A stretch of 64,000 bases of DNA from Candidatus Latescibacterota bacterium (GCA_965243025.1 CBDETY010000003.1:4608001-4672000); one strand, 5' to 3'; shown: positions 18,386-28,639, counted from the first letter of the stretch. Notes: a model not told the origin generated them from the sequence alone. Numbers and translations are program-made.

Positions 18386-21300
18386 CTATCTGTCCACGGA
18401 AGCCGCAGGGTCCGCTTCTTCCAGCAGGCGTTCCTTCGACCGGCACTTTTCCAGCGCCGCCTCGGCGACGGCGGCCCAGCCCGAGCGGCTGTACTCCTCG
18501 ACCAGCCGCCGGTAGTAGGGCCGCGCCCGCCGGCACCCGGACCGCTTCTCCGTAAGCGCCGCCAGCGAGCCGAGCGCGTCGTCGGCGAGGTCGGAAGCAG
18601 GGTATCCGTCGACAAGCTTTCCGTACAACCCGGCGGCCTCCTCCCAGTCTTCACGGGCTTCCGCCACGCGTCCGAGGTGGAACCAGGCCGGGGCCGTCAC
18701 AGCGCCGTCGGGGCCCTGCCTCAGCATCCGGCGCAGAGGCCACTCGGCTTCCTCGAGGCGGCCTCGCTGCAGGTGATGCCGGGCGATGTTCAGGTGGGCC
18801 TCGGCGCTGCGCTGGTGCCAGTCGAGCAGGAGCACCCGGTGATACAGCTCCTGGGCCCGCTCCTCCTCGAAGTTCCGGTCCGCGGCCTCGGCTTCCCGGT
18901 ACAGCCTTTCCCCTTCCGCCAGGAAGCGTCCCTCCCGGGTCTCGTACTCGACCAGTTCGATGCCGCCCTTCGAGGCGAGAATCAGCTGCAGCGGCAGGTT
19001 CATGCGCGCGATGCCGGCCGGGGTCAGCAGCCCCGACCCGGTCTTGACGTGGGCGGCCCCGACCGGGAAGGCGTTCCACGACGGATCGACGCCGACCCAT
19101 TCTCCGAGGAACACCTCCGGCCATACGTGGAGCACCAGCACCCCGTCCGGAGAGGCGGCGAACCCGGAGGCGACCCGGACCGGCAGCCCGGCCGCCCGGC
19201 AGAGGGCGGCGTAGAGGACGGTGTACTCGCTGCAGGTGCCACGCATGTCCTCCAGCACCTCGAGAGCGGACTTGAAGCGGACGTTGGTGTCGGCGGGGGT
19301 CATGTTGTCGTACACCCACTGCTGCAGGCGGCGCGCCGCGGTCAGGGCGTCCCGCTCGCCGGCGGCGATGCGCGCGCTCAGGGCAGTCAGCTCCGGATGC
19401 CGCGACTGGATGTAGAGGGACGGCTCGAGCCAGGGGCGCAGGGAGTCTCCCTTCACCGGCAGGGCCGTCCTCCCGGAGGGGAGCCCGAGGCGGCGCACGA
19501 CCAGCCGCGTCCCGAGGCTGTCGCTTGCGAGGTGCTGCCTCCGGTTCGCGACGAACAGGGAGCCGGCCTCCGCCGCCGACCACGGCAGGCTCAGCACGAG
19601 CCGCTCCAGGCGGGCGGGGTCCTGTATCTCGTGGTCGAGAGTCAGCACCACCGGTTTTCCCGGCGCTTCCCACGACAGCGCCCTTCCCCTGTCGGTCCGG
19701 GCCCCGGACGATCCGAACCGGGGAACCGCGGTTCTCACCTCGCCGCCCCCGGGGTCGAGCCAGGTGTGGAAGAAGACCCCCGGCAGCAGGTCCGGCGTCT
19801 CCCCCCTGACCGGTGACGGCGCCAGCGGCCCGTAGCGCATGGTAACCTTCAACAGGGAATCCGCCTCCTCCTCCGGCTCCCGTTCCCCAGCGGTGACGTA
19901 CAGGGGGCGGACGGCGAGAGCCGCGTAGTCGAAAACCTCGACAGTGTCGGCGGTCCCGGGCTGCAGCGAGCCCCGGCGGGCGAGCTCCGGGAGGGCGGTC
20001 TCGGGGAGCAGGACCCCCGGACCGGCCTCCACCGTGTCGGTGACCGTCTGCCCGGCGAGCCGCTGCTCGCTGCGCACGCGGCCGTCGCCGAGCCAGTCGC
20101 CGCGGCTGACCAGGCGCTGGCTCCCCTCGGTCTTCTCGTTGCGGAAGGAGACGGGCCGCAGATCCTCGCCGACCTCGAGGGAGGAGCGCACGCGCACGAA
20201 CCCGTGGCTCCAGTTCACGGTCTCCTCGCCGAAACGCAGGCCGCCGCCGGCAAGCACTTGCGACCACCGTTTGGCGTAGCCGGTCTTGAAGCCGCGGCTG
20301 CGCAGCTCGGTCCATACCGTATCGGCGCGGCCGGACCGCGGCGGCTCCACCCGTCTCGAGAAGGCGTACAGGTACCCGTCCGCGGCGGCGACGTACAGGC
20401 GTCCGGCATCGCCGTGCAGGCGAACGGCGCCGCGGCCTGCCCGCTGCTCCCAGGCAAACTCTCCGGTCCGCCGGTCGATTGCGGCCACCGCCCCGGAATC
20501 GTTGGAGACCATCACCTGTCCGGCGCCGGGCAGCGGGACGAGGCCGGTCGGCCTGGCCCCGAGCGGTCTCTTCCAGACCGGGGCGCCGGTCCCGGGGTTC
20601 AGGCTCCAGGCGTAACCGTTGTCCGTCAGGCAGAGGATGGAACCCCGGCCTGCCTGCGGGGGCGCCCGCAGCTTGGCCCCGAGGCGGCGCTCCCACAGCA
20701 GGGCGAGTCCCTCCCTTTCCCAGGCGCGGACGAAACCGTCGGAGGCGGCCGCGACCACCAGGTCTCCCGCCGGGACCGGGGTGCCTGCGGCGGCGCCGAC
20801 CTCGACCTCTCCCAGCCTGCGGCCGCTGCCGCCGTCGACGGCGAGCAGGAAGCCGTCGGCGTTGCCGACGTACAGCCGGCCGGCTTGCAGGAGCGGGCGC
20901 GCCGGCCGGCGGATCCCCGTGCGCAGCTTCCAGGCGAGGGTACCGTCGCCGCGGCGGGCGTAGAGCCAGCCGTCGGAGCTGTTGAAGTAATCGAGGCTGT
21001 CCCCGGCCGCTATACGGGCGCCGCCGGAAGCGGAGCCGTGATGTTTCCAGAGGAGGCTGCCGTCGGCGATCCGGCAGCTGCCCGCGGTCCCCCGGGTGCC
21101 GGCGAACAGCAGCCTGCCGGAGGCCGCCCGCAGGTCGCCGATGAGGCCGGCCCCCGGAAGCCGCCAGCGCACCGCCCCGGAGCCGGCTTCGACCGCCAGC
21201 AGGGAGCCGTCCGCTTCGGCGAGAAAGACCAGGGTGTCCGCCCACGCCACCGGCCCGGCGGGAAACCCGGTCAGCCGCTTCCACTCCAGGGTGTAGGGGA

Positions 21301-21448
21301 AAACGGCGTTGTCCCGGACCGGAGCGGCCGCCAGGGCGGCACAGAGGCAAAGCCACAGGGCAACCGGGAGCGGTTTCGAAATCCGGCAGAGTCCTGCGGA
21401 CCGTGGAAAAGGCCCATCCGGGCTGCGCCGGCAGAGCAACTCTACCAC
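18386..21448 (-). CDS. PQQ/BamB-like beta-propeller + transglutaminase-like domain + TPR fusion protein (start approximate)
   Basis: N-terminal signal-like LPVALWLCLCAALAAA; repeats DGxLYA..GxxxW; GTCSEY...LCRAAGLP...HVWPEV...VDPS; C-terminal TPRs. The 1417-aa ORF start is an antisense extension over the TPR gene. Confidence 0.8.
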   Translation of the reverse strand: MVELLCRRSPDGPFPRSAGLCRISKPLPVALWLCLCAALAAAPVRDNAVFPYTLEWKRLTGFPAGPVAWADTLVFLAEADGSLLAVEAGSGAVRWRLPGAGLIGDLRAASGRLLFAGTRGTAGSCRIADGSLLWKHHGSASGGARIAAGDSLDYFNSSDGWLYARRGDGTLAWKLRTGIRRPARPLLQAGRLYVGNADGFLLAVDGGSGRRLGEVEVGAAAGTPVPAGDLVVAAASDGFVRAWEREGLALLWERRLGAKLRAPPQAGRGSILCLTDNGYAWSLNPGTGAPVWKRPLGARPTGLVPLPGAGQVMVSNDSGAVAAIDRRTGEFAWEQRAGRGAVRLHGDAGRLYVAAADGYLYAFSRRVEPPRSGRADTVWTELRSRGFKTGYAKRWSQVLAGGGLRFGEETVNWSHGFVRVRSSLEVGEDLRPVSFRNEKTEGSQRLVSRGDWLGDGRVRSEQRLAGQTVTDTVEAGPGVLLPETALPELARRGSLQPGTADTVEVFDYAALAVRPLYVTAGEREPEEEADSLLKVTMRYGPLAPSPVRGETPDLLPGVFFHTWLDPGGGEVRTAVPRFGSSGARTDRGRALSWEAPGKPVVLTLDHEIQDPARLERLVLSLPWSAAEAGSLFVANRRQHLASDSLGTRLVVRRLGLPSGRTALPVKGDSLRPWLEPSLYIQSRHPELTALSARIAAGERDALTAARRLQQWVYDNMTPADTNVRFKSALEVLEDMRGTCSEYTVLYAALCRAAGLPVRVASGFAASPDGVLVLHVWPEVFLGEWVGVDPSWNAFPVGAAHVKTGSGLLTPAGIARMNLPLQLILASKGGIELVEYETREGRFLAEGERLYREAEAADRNFEEERAQELYHRVLLLDWHQRSAEAHLNIARHHLQRGRLEEAEWPLRRMLRQGPDGAVTAPAWFHLGRVAEAREDWEEAAGLYGKLVDGYPASDLADDALGSLAALTEKRSGCRRARPYYRRLVEEYSRSGWAAVAEAALEKCRSKERLLEEADPAASVDR

Positions 21449-21649
21449 CGGTTGGCAAGGACAGTGACGGGAACGGGCAGCCGAATCATTGCAATATTCC
21501 AACAGTGTATCCGCCCCTTCCTGCTTTGACAAATGACCGGTGCCCTGTATGTTCCGCACCTGCACGGGTTGCCCAACCCCGTTCGAAACCTCCTCCCTTT
21601 TCCACCGTTCCCTTTCCATCATTTCAACATCAGGACGACCGCTACTCCC

Positions 21650-22786
21650 ATGTCGAGGACTGCCACCCTCCTGCCGGGCGATCGCATCCGGGCTTTTGTC
21701 CTCCTGGCGGCGCTGACGGCGGCACTGTCGGCCCCGGGGCTGGTTGCGCAGGAACCGGACGACTCCGCCCGCAAACCGGACCCCGCCGCCGTTCAGCACT
21801 ACAGCAAGGGCCTCGAGCTGCTCCAGAACCGCGACTTCCGCAACGCCGCCATCGCCCTGAATCAGGCAGTGAACACCGACTCCACCTACGGAGACGCCCA
21901 CTACGCCCTGGCGAAGACCCAAAAGACCCTCAACCAGTTCGACCGCGCCATCCGCGCTTTCGAGGCCGCCGCCCGCCACGGCGTTTCCTCCGAGCGCGCG
22001 CGCCAGCGCATTCCCGCCCAGCTCGCCGACGTCTACAAGAAGTCGGCGGTGCAGTCGTTCAAGCAGAAGAAGTTCCGCGAGGCGATCGGCAGCTTCGAGA
22101 AGGCGCTGGAGCTGAAGCCCGGCGACGCCGACGTGTTCTACCTTCTCGGCCTCTGCTACAACGCCCTGCGGGAGGACGCGGAAGCGGCCAGGGCGTTTCA
22201 GGATGCCATCGACGCCGACTCCACCTACGTCAAGGCGCTCAAATCGCTCGCCGACCTGCAGCGGCGGCAGGGCAATCTCCGCGCCGCCGCCGGGACCTAC
22301 CGCCGCGCCGTCGCACTCGACCCCGCCTATACCAATGCCTACCTCGGCCTCGCCAAGGTCCAGATCGACAGCGAGGACCTCGACGGGGCCCTGTCCACCC
22401 TGAACAGCGCCGTCGAGGTCGATCCGGAGTTTCTTCAGGGGCTCTGCCTGATCGGTCAGACCTTGAGCCAGAAAGGCCGCTACCACGAAGCGATCGAGTC
22501 GCTGCAGCTGGCCCTCGATGTCAACAGCAAGCACGCCGAGGCCCACTTCCGGCTCGCCGAGGCCTACTACGGGACCGGCGACTGGAAGAAGGCGCTCGAC
22601 GCCGGCCTCGAGGCGACCCGCCTGCAGCGCAACTACCACGCCGCCGAAGTCGTGGTCGCCGACTCCTACAAAAAGCTCGGCCAGGTGCCCGAAGCGCGGA
22701 CCTGGTACAAGAAGGCCATACAGGACAGCCGTTTCAGGGACTGGTGCGAGCAGCAGCTGAAGGAACTGGACCGGCAGCAGCCCTGA
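21650..22786 (+). CDS. Secreted TPR-repeat protein, paralog 1
   Basis: Signal peptide ending LVA|QEPD followed by tandem TPRs; ATG 21650. Confidence 0.88.
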   Translation: MSRTATLLPGDRIRAFVLLAALTAALSAPGLVAQEPDDSARKPDPAAVQHYSKGLELLQNRDFRNAAIALNQAVNTDSTYGDAHYALAKTQKTLNQFDRAIRAFEAAARHGVSSERARQRIPAQLADVYKKSAVQSFKQKKFREAIGSFEKALELKPGDADVFYLLGLCYNALREDAEAARAFQDAIDADSTYVKALKSLADLQRRQGNLRAAAGTYRRAVALDPAYTNAYLGLAKVQIDSEDLDGALSTLNSAVEVDPEFLQGLCLIGQTLSQKGRYHEAIESLQLALDVNSKHAEAHFRLAEAYYGTGDWKKALDAGLEATRLQRNYHAAEVVVADSYKKLGQVPEARTWYKKAIQDSRFRDWCEQQLKELDRQQP

Positions 22787-23058
22787 GCGAAGGCGCCGCC
22801 CGCGGCCGCGGGGCTGGCCTGCCCGCCGCGGCCGTCGATGCCGGCGAGCGGAGGTGTCCGCGGCCTGAAGAGCCGGACCGGCTGCCCGCGTCCTCGCGGC
22901 GCGGCGCCGGCGGCATTTCGGAGGGGATTCGCTACATTGTTCCGGCCCCTTCCCGCTTTGAAAAATGCCCGGCGCCCTTTAAATTCCGCCTTGGCAGTCT
23001 GTCGAAACCGCTTTCGACCCTCCTCCAACTTGAAAACGCCAGGACAACTGCTAATCCC

Positions 23059-24171
23059 ATGTCGACCGATCGCATCCGGATCTTCCTCCTTCTTCCGGCG
23101 CTGACGGCGATCCTGTCGCCCCCGGCGCTGGTCGCGCAGGAGCCGGACCCCGCCGCCAGAAAACCGGACCCCGCCGCTGTCGAGTACTACAGCAAGGGCC
23201 TCGAGCTGCTCAGGAATCGCGACGTCCCCAACGCCGCCATCGCCATGCAACAGGCGGTAACGGCCGACTCGACCTACGGGGACGCCCACTACGCCCTGGC
23301 GAAGACGTACAAGGTCCTGAACCGGTTCGACCGCGCCATCCGCGCCTTCGAGGCGGCCACCCGCCACGGCGTTTCCTCCGAGGGCGCGCTCGAGCGGATT
23401 CCCGCCCAGCTCGCCGACATCTACAAGAAATCCGCGGTCAAGTCGTTCAAGCAGAAAAAGTACCGCGAGGCGATCGGCAGCTTCGAGAAGGCGCTGGAAC
23501 GGAGTCCCGGCGACGCCGATCTGTTCTACCTCATCGGCCTCTGCTACAAGGCCCTCCGGGTCAACAAGGCCGCCGTCGATGCGTTTCAGGATGCCATCGA
23601 TGCGGACCCCACCTACGTGAAGGCCTACGCGTCGCTCGCCGGCCTGCAGCGGCGGCAGGGCAACATCGGGGCCGCCGCCGGCACCTACCGCCGGGCCATC
23701 GCACTCGACTCCGGGTATACCAAGGCGTACCTCGGCCTCGCCAGGATCCAGATCCACAACAAGGAATTCGAGGACGCCCTGGCCACCCTGGGCAGGGCGG
23801 TCAAGGTCGATCCCGAGTTTCTCGAAGGGCATTGCCTGATCGGTCTGACCTTGAGCCAGAAAGGCCTCCACCAGGAGGCGATCGAGCCGCTGCGGCGCGC
23901 CATAGAAATCGACGACAATCACGCCGACGCCCATTACGTCCTCGGCGAGGCCTACTACGGGATCGGCGAATGGAAACTGGCGCTCGACTCCGGCCTCAAG
24001 GCGACGCGCCTGCAGCGCGACTACCACGCCGCCGAAGTCGTGGTCGCCGATGCCTACACCAAGCTCGGCCAGGTGTCCGAAGCGCGAACCTGGTACAACA
24101 AGGCCAAGGTGGACAACCGCTTCAGGGATTGGTGCGAGCAGCAGTTGCAGGACCTGGACCGGGAGCTCTGA
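23059..24171 (+). CDS. Secreted TPR-repeat protein, paralog 2
   Basis: MSTDRIRIFLLL..LVA|QEPD; colinear with paralog 1 over the full length. Confidence 0.88.
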   Translation: MSTDRIRIFLLLPALTAILSPPALVAQEPDPAARKPDPAAVEYYSKGLELLRNRDVPNAAIAMQQAVTADSTYGDAHYALAKTYKVLNRFDRAIRAFEAATRHGVSSEGALERIPAQLADIYKKSAVKSFKQKKYREAIGSFEKALERSPGDADLFYLIGLCYKALRVNKAAVDAFQDAIDADPTYVKAYASLAGLQRRQGNIGAAAGTYRRAIALDSGYTKAYLGLARIQIHNKEFEDALATLGRAVKVDPEFLEGHCLIGLTLSQKGLHQEAIEPLRRAIEIDDNHADAHYVLGEAYYGIGEWKLALDSGLKATRLQRDYHAAEVVVADAYTKLGQVSEARTWYNKAKVDNRFRDWCEQQLQDLDREL

Positions 24172-24803
24172 GCGGCGGCGCCGGCCGCGGCCTGCCCGGG
24201 CTGCTCGCCGCTACCACCAATGCCGGCAAGCTGAAAGAGCTGCGCCTGCTCCTCCCCGAGTACCGCCTCGTTTCACCTGAAACTCTCGGCCTCCGCCTGG
24301 AGGTTGTCGAAGACGGCGGCAGCTTTCGCGAGAACGCCGCCCTCAAGGCGCTGGCATGGGCGGCGGCTTCCGGGCGTCCGGCCATCGCCGACGACTCCGG
24401 GCTCGAAGTCGACGCCCTCGGCGGGGAGCCCGGGATTTTTTCGGCCCGCTACGGAGGCCCCGGCCTCGACGACGCCGGCAGGTGCCGCCTGCTGCTTTCC
24501 AACCTCGCCCGCGTCGCCGACCCCGCTGAACGGACGGCCCGCTTCGTCTGCTGCGCCGCGGTCGCCGCTCCCGACGGCCGCACCTGCTTCGGAGAGGGGA
24601 CCTGCGAAGGCCGCATCGCCGCCGATGCCTCCGGCGCCGGCGGGTTCGGGTACGACCCGGTCTTCTACCTGCCGCGGGAGGGCCGGACCATGGCGGAGCT
24701 GTCCGCCGCCGAAAAAAACCGGATCAGCCACCGCACCCGGGCGCTGGCGGCGCTGCGCGAGCGGCTGCCGGAGGTTTTCCCCGAGCTGGGCATATCCCAC
24801 TGA
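24168..24803 (+). CDS. rdgB: Non-canonical purine NTP pyrophosphatase, Ham1 family (start uncertain)
   Basis: Motifs ATTNAGKLKE, ENAALKA, ADDSGLEVDAL, GFGYDPVF, EKNRISHR. Confidence 0.93.
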   Translation: MSGGAGRGLPGLLAATTNAGKLKELRLLLPEYRLVSPETLGLRLEVVEDGGSFRENAALKALAWAAASGRPAIADDSGLEVDALGGEPGIFSARYGGPGLDDAGRCRLLLSNLARVADPAERTARFVCCAAVAAPDGRTCFGEGTCEGRIAADASGAGGFGYDPVFYLPREGRTMAELSAAEKNRISHRTRALAALRERLPEVFPELGISH

Positions 24804-24844
24804 CCGGTCCTTTCTCCAGCTACACCGAACCCTACCGGAAGCGG

Positions 24845-26566
24845 ATGTTCCTCGGCGCCGCCGCCATCGCGGTGTCGCAGGTCGCCGCCGCCTGCATCCC
24901 GCTCATTCTGAGCTCCGCGGTGGACTCGCTGGCGGGCGCAAGCGCCTCCCCCGAAGAGCTGCTGCGGGGTGTGCGCCGCTACCTGCTGCAGATGTTCCTG
25001 CTCGCCCTGGTCGTCGCCGCGGGAGGCTACTCGATGCGCCGGCTGCTCGGCACCATGTCGACGCGGATCGAGTACGACATCCGGCGCACCTATTTCGCGC
25101 ACCTGGTGCGCATGCCGCTCTCCTTCTTCCAGCGCCACCGCACCGGCGACCTGATGGCGCGGGCGACCAACGACCTCAACGCCGTCAGCGTCTTCTTCAC
25201 CTACGGGCTGCGCTCCCTCATCGAGCTGGTGCTGATCCTGGCCTTCAGCCTGGCGATGATGAGCGTCATCCACTGGAAGCTGACCCTGATCGTCCTGGTG
25301 CCGCTGCCGGTCCTCTGCCTGGTGACGGTGCGGATGTCCTCCCTCGTGCACAACCGCTTCCGCTCCATCCAGGACTGCTTCGGCGACATCAGCAACTTCG
25401 TCCAGGAGAGCCTCGCGGGAATCCGCGTGGTCAAGTCGTTCGTGCTGGGCGGTCCCAGGACCGAGGCGTTCGACCGCCTCAACAGCGAGTACCTGGCGCA
25501 CAACCACCGCTACATCCGCGCCCGGGCCCTGTTCCGGCCGCTGTCGCTGACCATCGCCTCGTTCGGGCTCGGGCTCAACCTGCTGTTCGGCGGCAGGGAG
25601 GTCATCGCCGGGACCCTTTCGATCGGCGACTTCGTCGCCTTCAACGCCTACCTGACCCTGCTGATCCGCCCGATCAGCTACAGCGGCTGGGTCATCGACC
25701 GCCTGCAGCGCGCCCTCGTGGCGATCCGCCGCATCGACGAGATCCTGTCGCACGAGCCGGAAAGCGCCGGGGACTTTCGCGCCTCCGGGCGCTCCCGCGC
25801 CGCTCCGGCGACGGCGACGATGGCCGGAGCCGTGCACTGGCAGGGGGTCGACTTCTCCTACGACGGCCAGCCGGTGCTCAGCGGCATCGAGCTCTACCTG
25901 CCGGCGGGAAAGACCCTCGGCGTGATCGGCCGCGTCGGCGCCGGCAAGAGCACCCTCGCCCGCCTGCCGCCCCGGCTGATCGAGCCGCAGCGGGGAACGG
26001 TGACCATCGACGGAAAGAGCGTGAGTGAGTGGCCGCTCGAGGAGCTGCGCCGCTCGATCGGGTACGTGTCGCAGCAGCCGTTCCTGTTCTCCACCTCGGT
26101 CGCCGGCAACATCGCCTACGGGGTCGAATCCGCCGCGGACGCCCGGATCCGGGAAGCGGCCACCCGCTCCCTGCTCGACCGCGACATCGAGGAGCTCGAG
26201 GAAGGGCTCGCCACCGTCGTCGGCGAGCGGGGCGTGACCCTGTCCGGGGGGCAGAAGCAGCGCTGCACCCTGGCGCGCGCCCTGCTGCGCGAGCCGCGCA
26301 TCCTCATCCTCGACGACGCCCTCTCGGCGGTGGACACGCAGACCGAAGAGGCGATCCTCGGCTACCTGCGGGAGGCGATGAGGGGCAGGACGACGATCGT
26401 CATCGCCCACCGCATCTCCACCCTGCGCCACGCCGACCTCATCGTCACCCTCGACGAGGGCCGCATCGTCGAGAGCGGCGACCACGAGTCCCTCGTGCGC
26501 GCCGGGGGGCTGTACTCCGAGCTGCACGAGCGGCAGCAGCTCTCCGCGGAGCTCGAGTCGCTGTGA
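24845..26566 (+). CDS. ABC exporter, fused TMD-NBD, subunit 1 (start may be CTG 24800)
   Basis: Walker A GRVGAGKS, LSGGQKQR, degenerate Walker B ILDDALSAVD. Confidence 0.93.
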   Translation: MFLGAAAIAVSQVAAACIPLILSSAVDSLAGASASPEELLRGVRRYLLQMFLLALVVAAGGYSMRRLLGTMSTRIEYDIRRTYFAHLVRMPLSFFQRHRTGDLMARATNDLNAVSVFFTYGLRSLIELVLILAFSLAMMSVIHWKLTLIVLVPLPVLCLVTVRMSSLVHNRFRSIQDCFGDISNFVQESLAGIRVVKSFVLGGPRTEAFDRLNSEYLAHNHRYIRARALFRPLSLTIASFGLGLNLLFGGREVIAGTLSIGDFVAFNAYLTLLIRPISYSGWVIDRLQRALVAIRRIDEILSHEPESAGDFRASGRSRAAPATATMAGAVHWQGVDFSYDGQPVLSGIELYLPAGKTLGVIGRVGAGKSTLARLPPRLIEPQRGTVTIDGKSVSEWPLEELRRSIGYVSQQPFLFSTSVAGNIAYGVESAADARIREAATRSLLDRDIEELEEGLATVVGERGVTLSGGQKQRCTLARALLREPRILILDDALSAVDTQTEEAILGYLREAMRGRTTIVIAHRISTLRHADLIVTLDEGRIVESGDHESLVRAGGLYSELHERQQLSAELESL

Positions 26567-28347
26567 GCCTGCCCGCCGGACACCGGGAGGAGACCGAGGA
26601 ACGCCCCTTCGACCTGGGGCTGATGCTGCGGCTGCTCTCCTACCTGCGCGCCTACAAGCTGCGGGTCGCGGCGGCCCTGGCGCTGATCGTGATCGAGGCG
26701 TTCTCCTTCCAGATCGGGCCCCGCCTCACCCAGATCGGCGTCGACGACCACATCCTGAAAGGGGACTGGGGCGGGCTGAAGTGGATCGCCGGCCTCTTTC
26801 TCGCCTCCCTGCTCCTGCAGTACGCCTCCCGCCTGGCGCAGACCCTGGTCACCGAGCTGACCGGACAGTTCGTGATGCGCGACCTGCGGCGCGAGATTTT
26901 CGCCCACCTGCAGAGGCTGCCCCTGCGCTACTTCGACCGCACCCCGGTCGGACGCACGATGACGCGGACGACCAACGACGTCGAGGCGCTCAACGAGTTC
27001 TTCACCGAGGGGGCGGTCCAGGTCTTCCTCGACATCTTCACGGTGATCGCCATCATCGCCTTCATGGCCGACATGGACTGGCGCCTGACCCTGGTGTCGT
27101 GCGCGGTGATCCCGGTGCTGGCGGTGGCGACCTTCTACCTGCAGGGGATGGCGATGAAAGCCTTCCGCGAGCTGCGGCGCCGCCTGGCGCGGCTCAACGC
27201 CTACCTGCAGGAGAACATCACCGGCATCGAGGTCGTGCAGCTGTTCAACCGCGGCGACCGCAACATGCGGGAGCTCGACATCGAGCACCTGCCCTACCGC
27301 GACGCCCAGGACCGGGAGATCCACTACTTCGCCGTCTTCTTTCCGTTCGCCGAGTTCGTCGGCACCATGGGCATGGGCCTGGTAATCTGGTACGGGGCCG
27401 GCTCGGTGCTGCAGGAGCGGATCGACCTCGGGGTCCTGGTCGCCTTCCTCCAGTACATACGCCGCTTCTTCCGGCCGATCATGGACATCAGCGACCGCTA
27501 TGCCCTGCTGCAGAGCGCCATGGCCGCCTCGGAGCGGATCTTCGAGCTGCTCGATATTCCGACCGAGCGCAGCGGAACGCGGCCGGCCGGGGACCGCCGC
27601 GGCGACTGCGTCATCGAGTTCGACCGCGTCTGGTTCCGCTACGACCCGGAAGCGGAGAGGTACGTCCTCAGGGACGTCTCCTTCCGGGTTCACGCCGGGG
27701 AGAGCCTCGCCGTGGTCGGCGCCACCGGGTCGGGCAAGACGACCCTCGTAAACCTGCTTTGCCGGTTCTACGAAATCGAGTCGGGGGCGATCCGCGTCGA
27801 CGGGGTCGACGTCAGGGAGTGGGAGGTCGAGGCCCTGCGGCGGCGCATCGGCATCGTCCAGCAGGACGTCTTCCTGTTCAGCGGCGACGTCGCCGGCAAC
27901 ATCCGGGTCGATCCGGCGCGGACGAGCATGGAGGCCGCCGTCGCCGCGGCCCGCTACGTCAACGCCGACCGCTTCGTCGAGCACCTGGCGAACGGGTTCT
28001 CACAGGCGATCTCCGAGGGGGGATCGAGCCTGTCGGCAGGCCAGCGCCAGCTGCTGTCGTTCGCCCGCGCCCTGGCCGTCGACCCGGAGATCCTCGTTCT
28101 CGACGAGGCCACCGCCAGCGTCGATACGGAGACGGAACGGCTGGTGCAGGAGGCGATCGCCAGGGTCATGTCCGGGCGCACCGCCATCGTCATCGCCCAC
28201 CGGCTGTCGACGATCCGCAATGCCGATCACATCCTGGTGCTGCACCAGGGCGAGATCCGCGAGCGCGGCGGCCACGAGGAACTGGTAAAACAGGGGGGGA
28301 TCTACGCGCGGCTGTACCGTCTGAGCTACAGCCAGAGCGGGAAGTAG
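26563..28347 (+). CDS. ABC exporter, fused TMD-NBD, subunit 2 of a heterodimer
   Basis: GTG overlapping the upstream TGA; GATGSGKT, LSAGQRQL, VLDEAT. One consensus and one degenerate site is typical of heterodimeric exporters. Confidence 0.93.
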   Translation: MSLPAGHREETEERPFDLGLMLRLLSYLRAYKLRVAAALALIVIEAFSFQIGPRLTQIGVDDHILKGDWGGLKWIAGLFLASLLLQYASRLAQTLVTELTGQFVMRDLRREIFAHLQRLPLRYFDRTPVGRTMTRTTNDVEALNEFFTEGAVQVFLDIFTVIAIIAFMADMDWRLTLVSCAVIPVLAVATFYLQGMAMKAFRELRRRLARLNAYLQENITGIEVVQLFNRGDRNMRELDIEHLPYRDAQDREIHYFAVFFPFAEFVGTMGMGLVIWYGAGSVLQERIDLGVLVAFLQYIRRFFRPIMDISDRYALLQSAMAASERIFELLDIPTERSGTRPAGDRRGDCVIEFDRVWFRYDPEAERYVLRDVSFRVHAGESLAVVGATGSGKTTLVNLLCRFYEIESGAIRVDGVDVREWEVEALRRRIGIVQQDVFLFSGDVAGNIRVDPARTSMEAAVAAARYVNADRFVEHLANGFSQAISEGGSSLSAGQRQLLSFARALAVDPEILVLDEATASVDTETERLVQEAIARVMSGRTAIVIAHRLSTIRNADHILVLHQGEIRERGGHEELVKQGGIYARLYRLSYSQSGK

Positions 28348-28510
28348 CCGCGGCCGGCGCCCGGCCGGGGCGGCCCGGGTCGAAGTCGAGCTGTCGGGAA
28401 ACTGCGGTGGGAATTTAAAAGGCGGACGCTTCGGAGGAGCTCGTCCGGGGCGGGTCCGGAAAGGTTGGGGCTGCTGCGGGTCTCGAAGGTGGGCGGGGCG
28501 GGCAGGCCGC

Positions 28511-28606
28511 TCAGTCGGCCCGCTCGCACTCCAGGCACTCGAGCAGGCAGCTGAGCAGCACCAGGCCGAGGATGAATCCTATCGTCAGGCCGCAGAGGAA
28601 GCGCAC
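28511..28606 (-). CDS. Small 31-aa single-TM protein
   Basis: GTG..TGA gives MRFLCGLTIGFILGLVLLSCLLECLECERAD; GAGGG upstream; below the ORF-track cutoff. Confidence 0.55.
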   Translation of the reverse strand: MRFLCGLTIGFILGLVLLSCLLECLECERAD

Positions 28607-28639
28607 GGTTCGCCCTCGATGTAGCGCGGGGGTCGCATT

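Noticed and set aside
21403-23058. Apparent 922-aa TPR fusion, and the antisense N-terminal extension of the 1417-aa ORF
   Set aside because: Off-frame or antisense read-through of TPR paralog 1. Each real gene has its own signal peptide and start.
21650-24171. TPR pair or YWTD repeats as a diversity-generating retroelement template/variable pair
   Set aside because: No reverse transcriptase in the window, and the differences are not confined to adenines.
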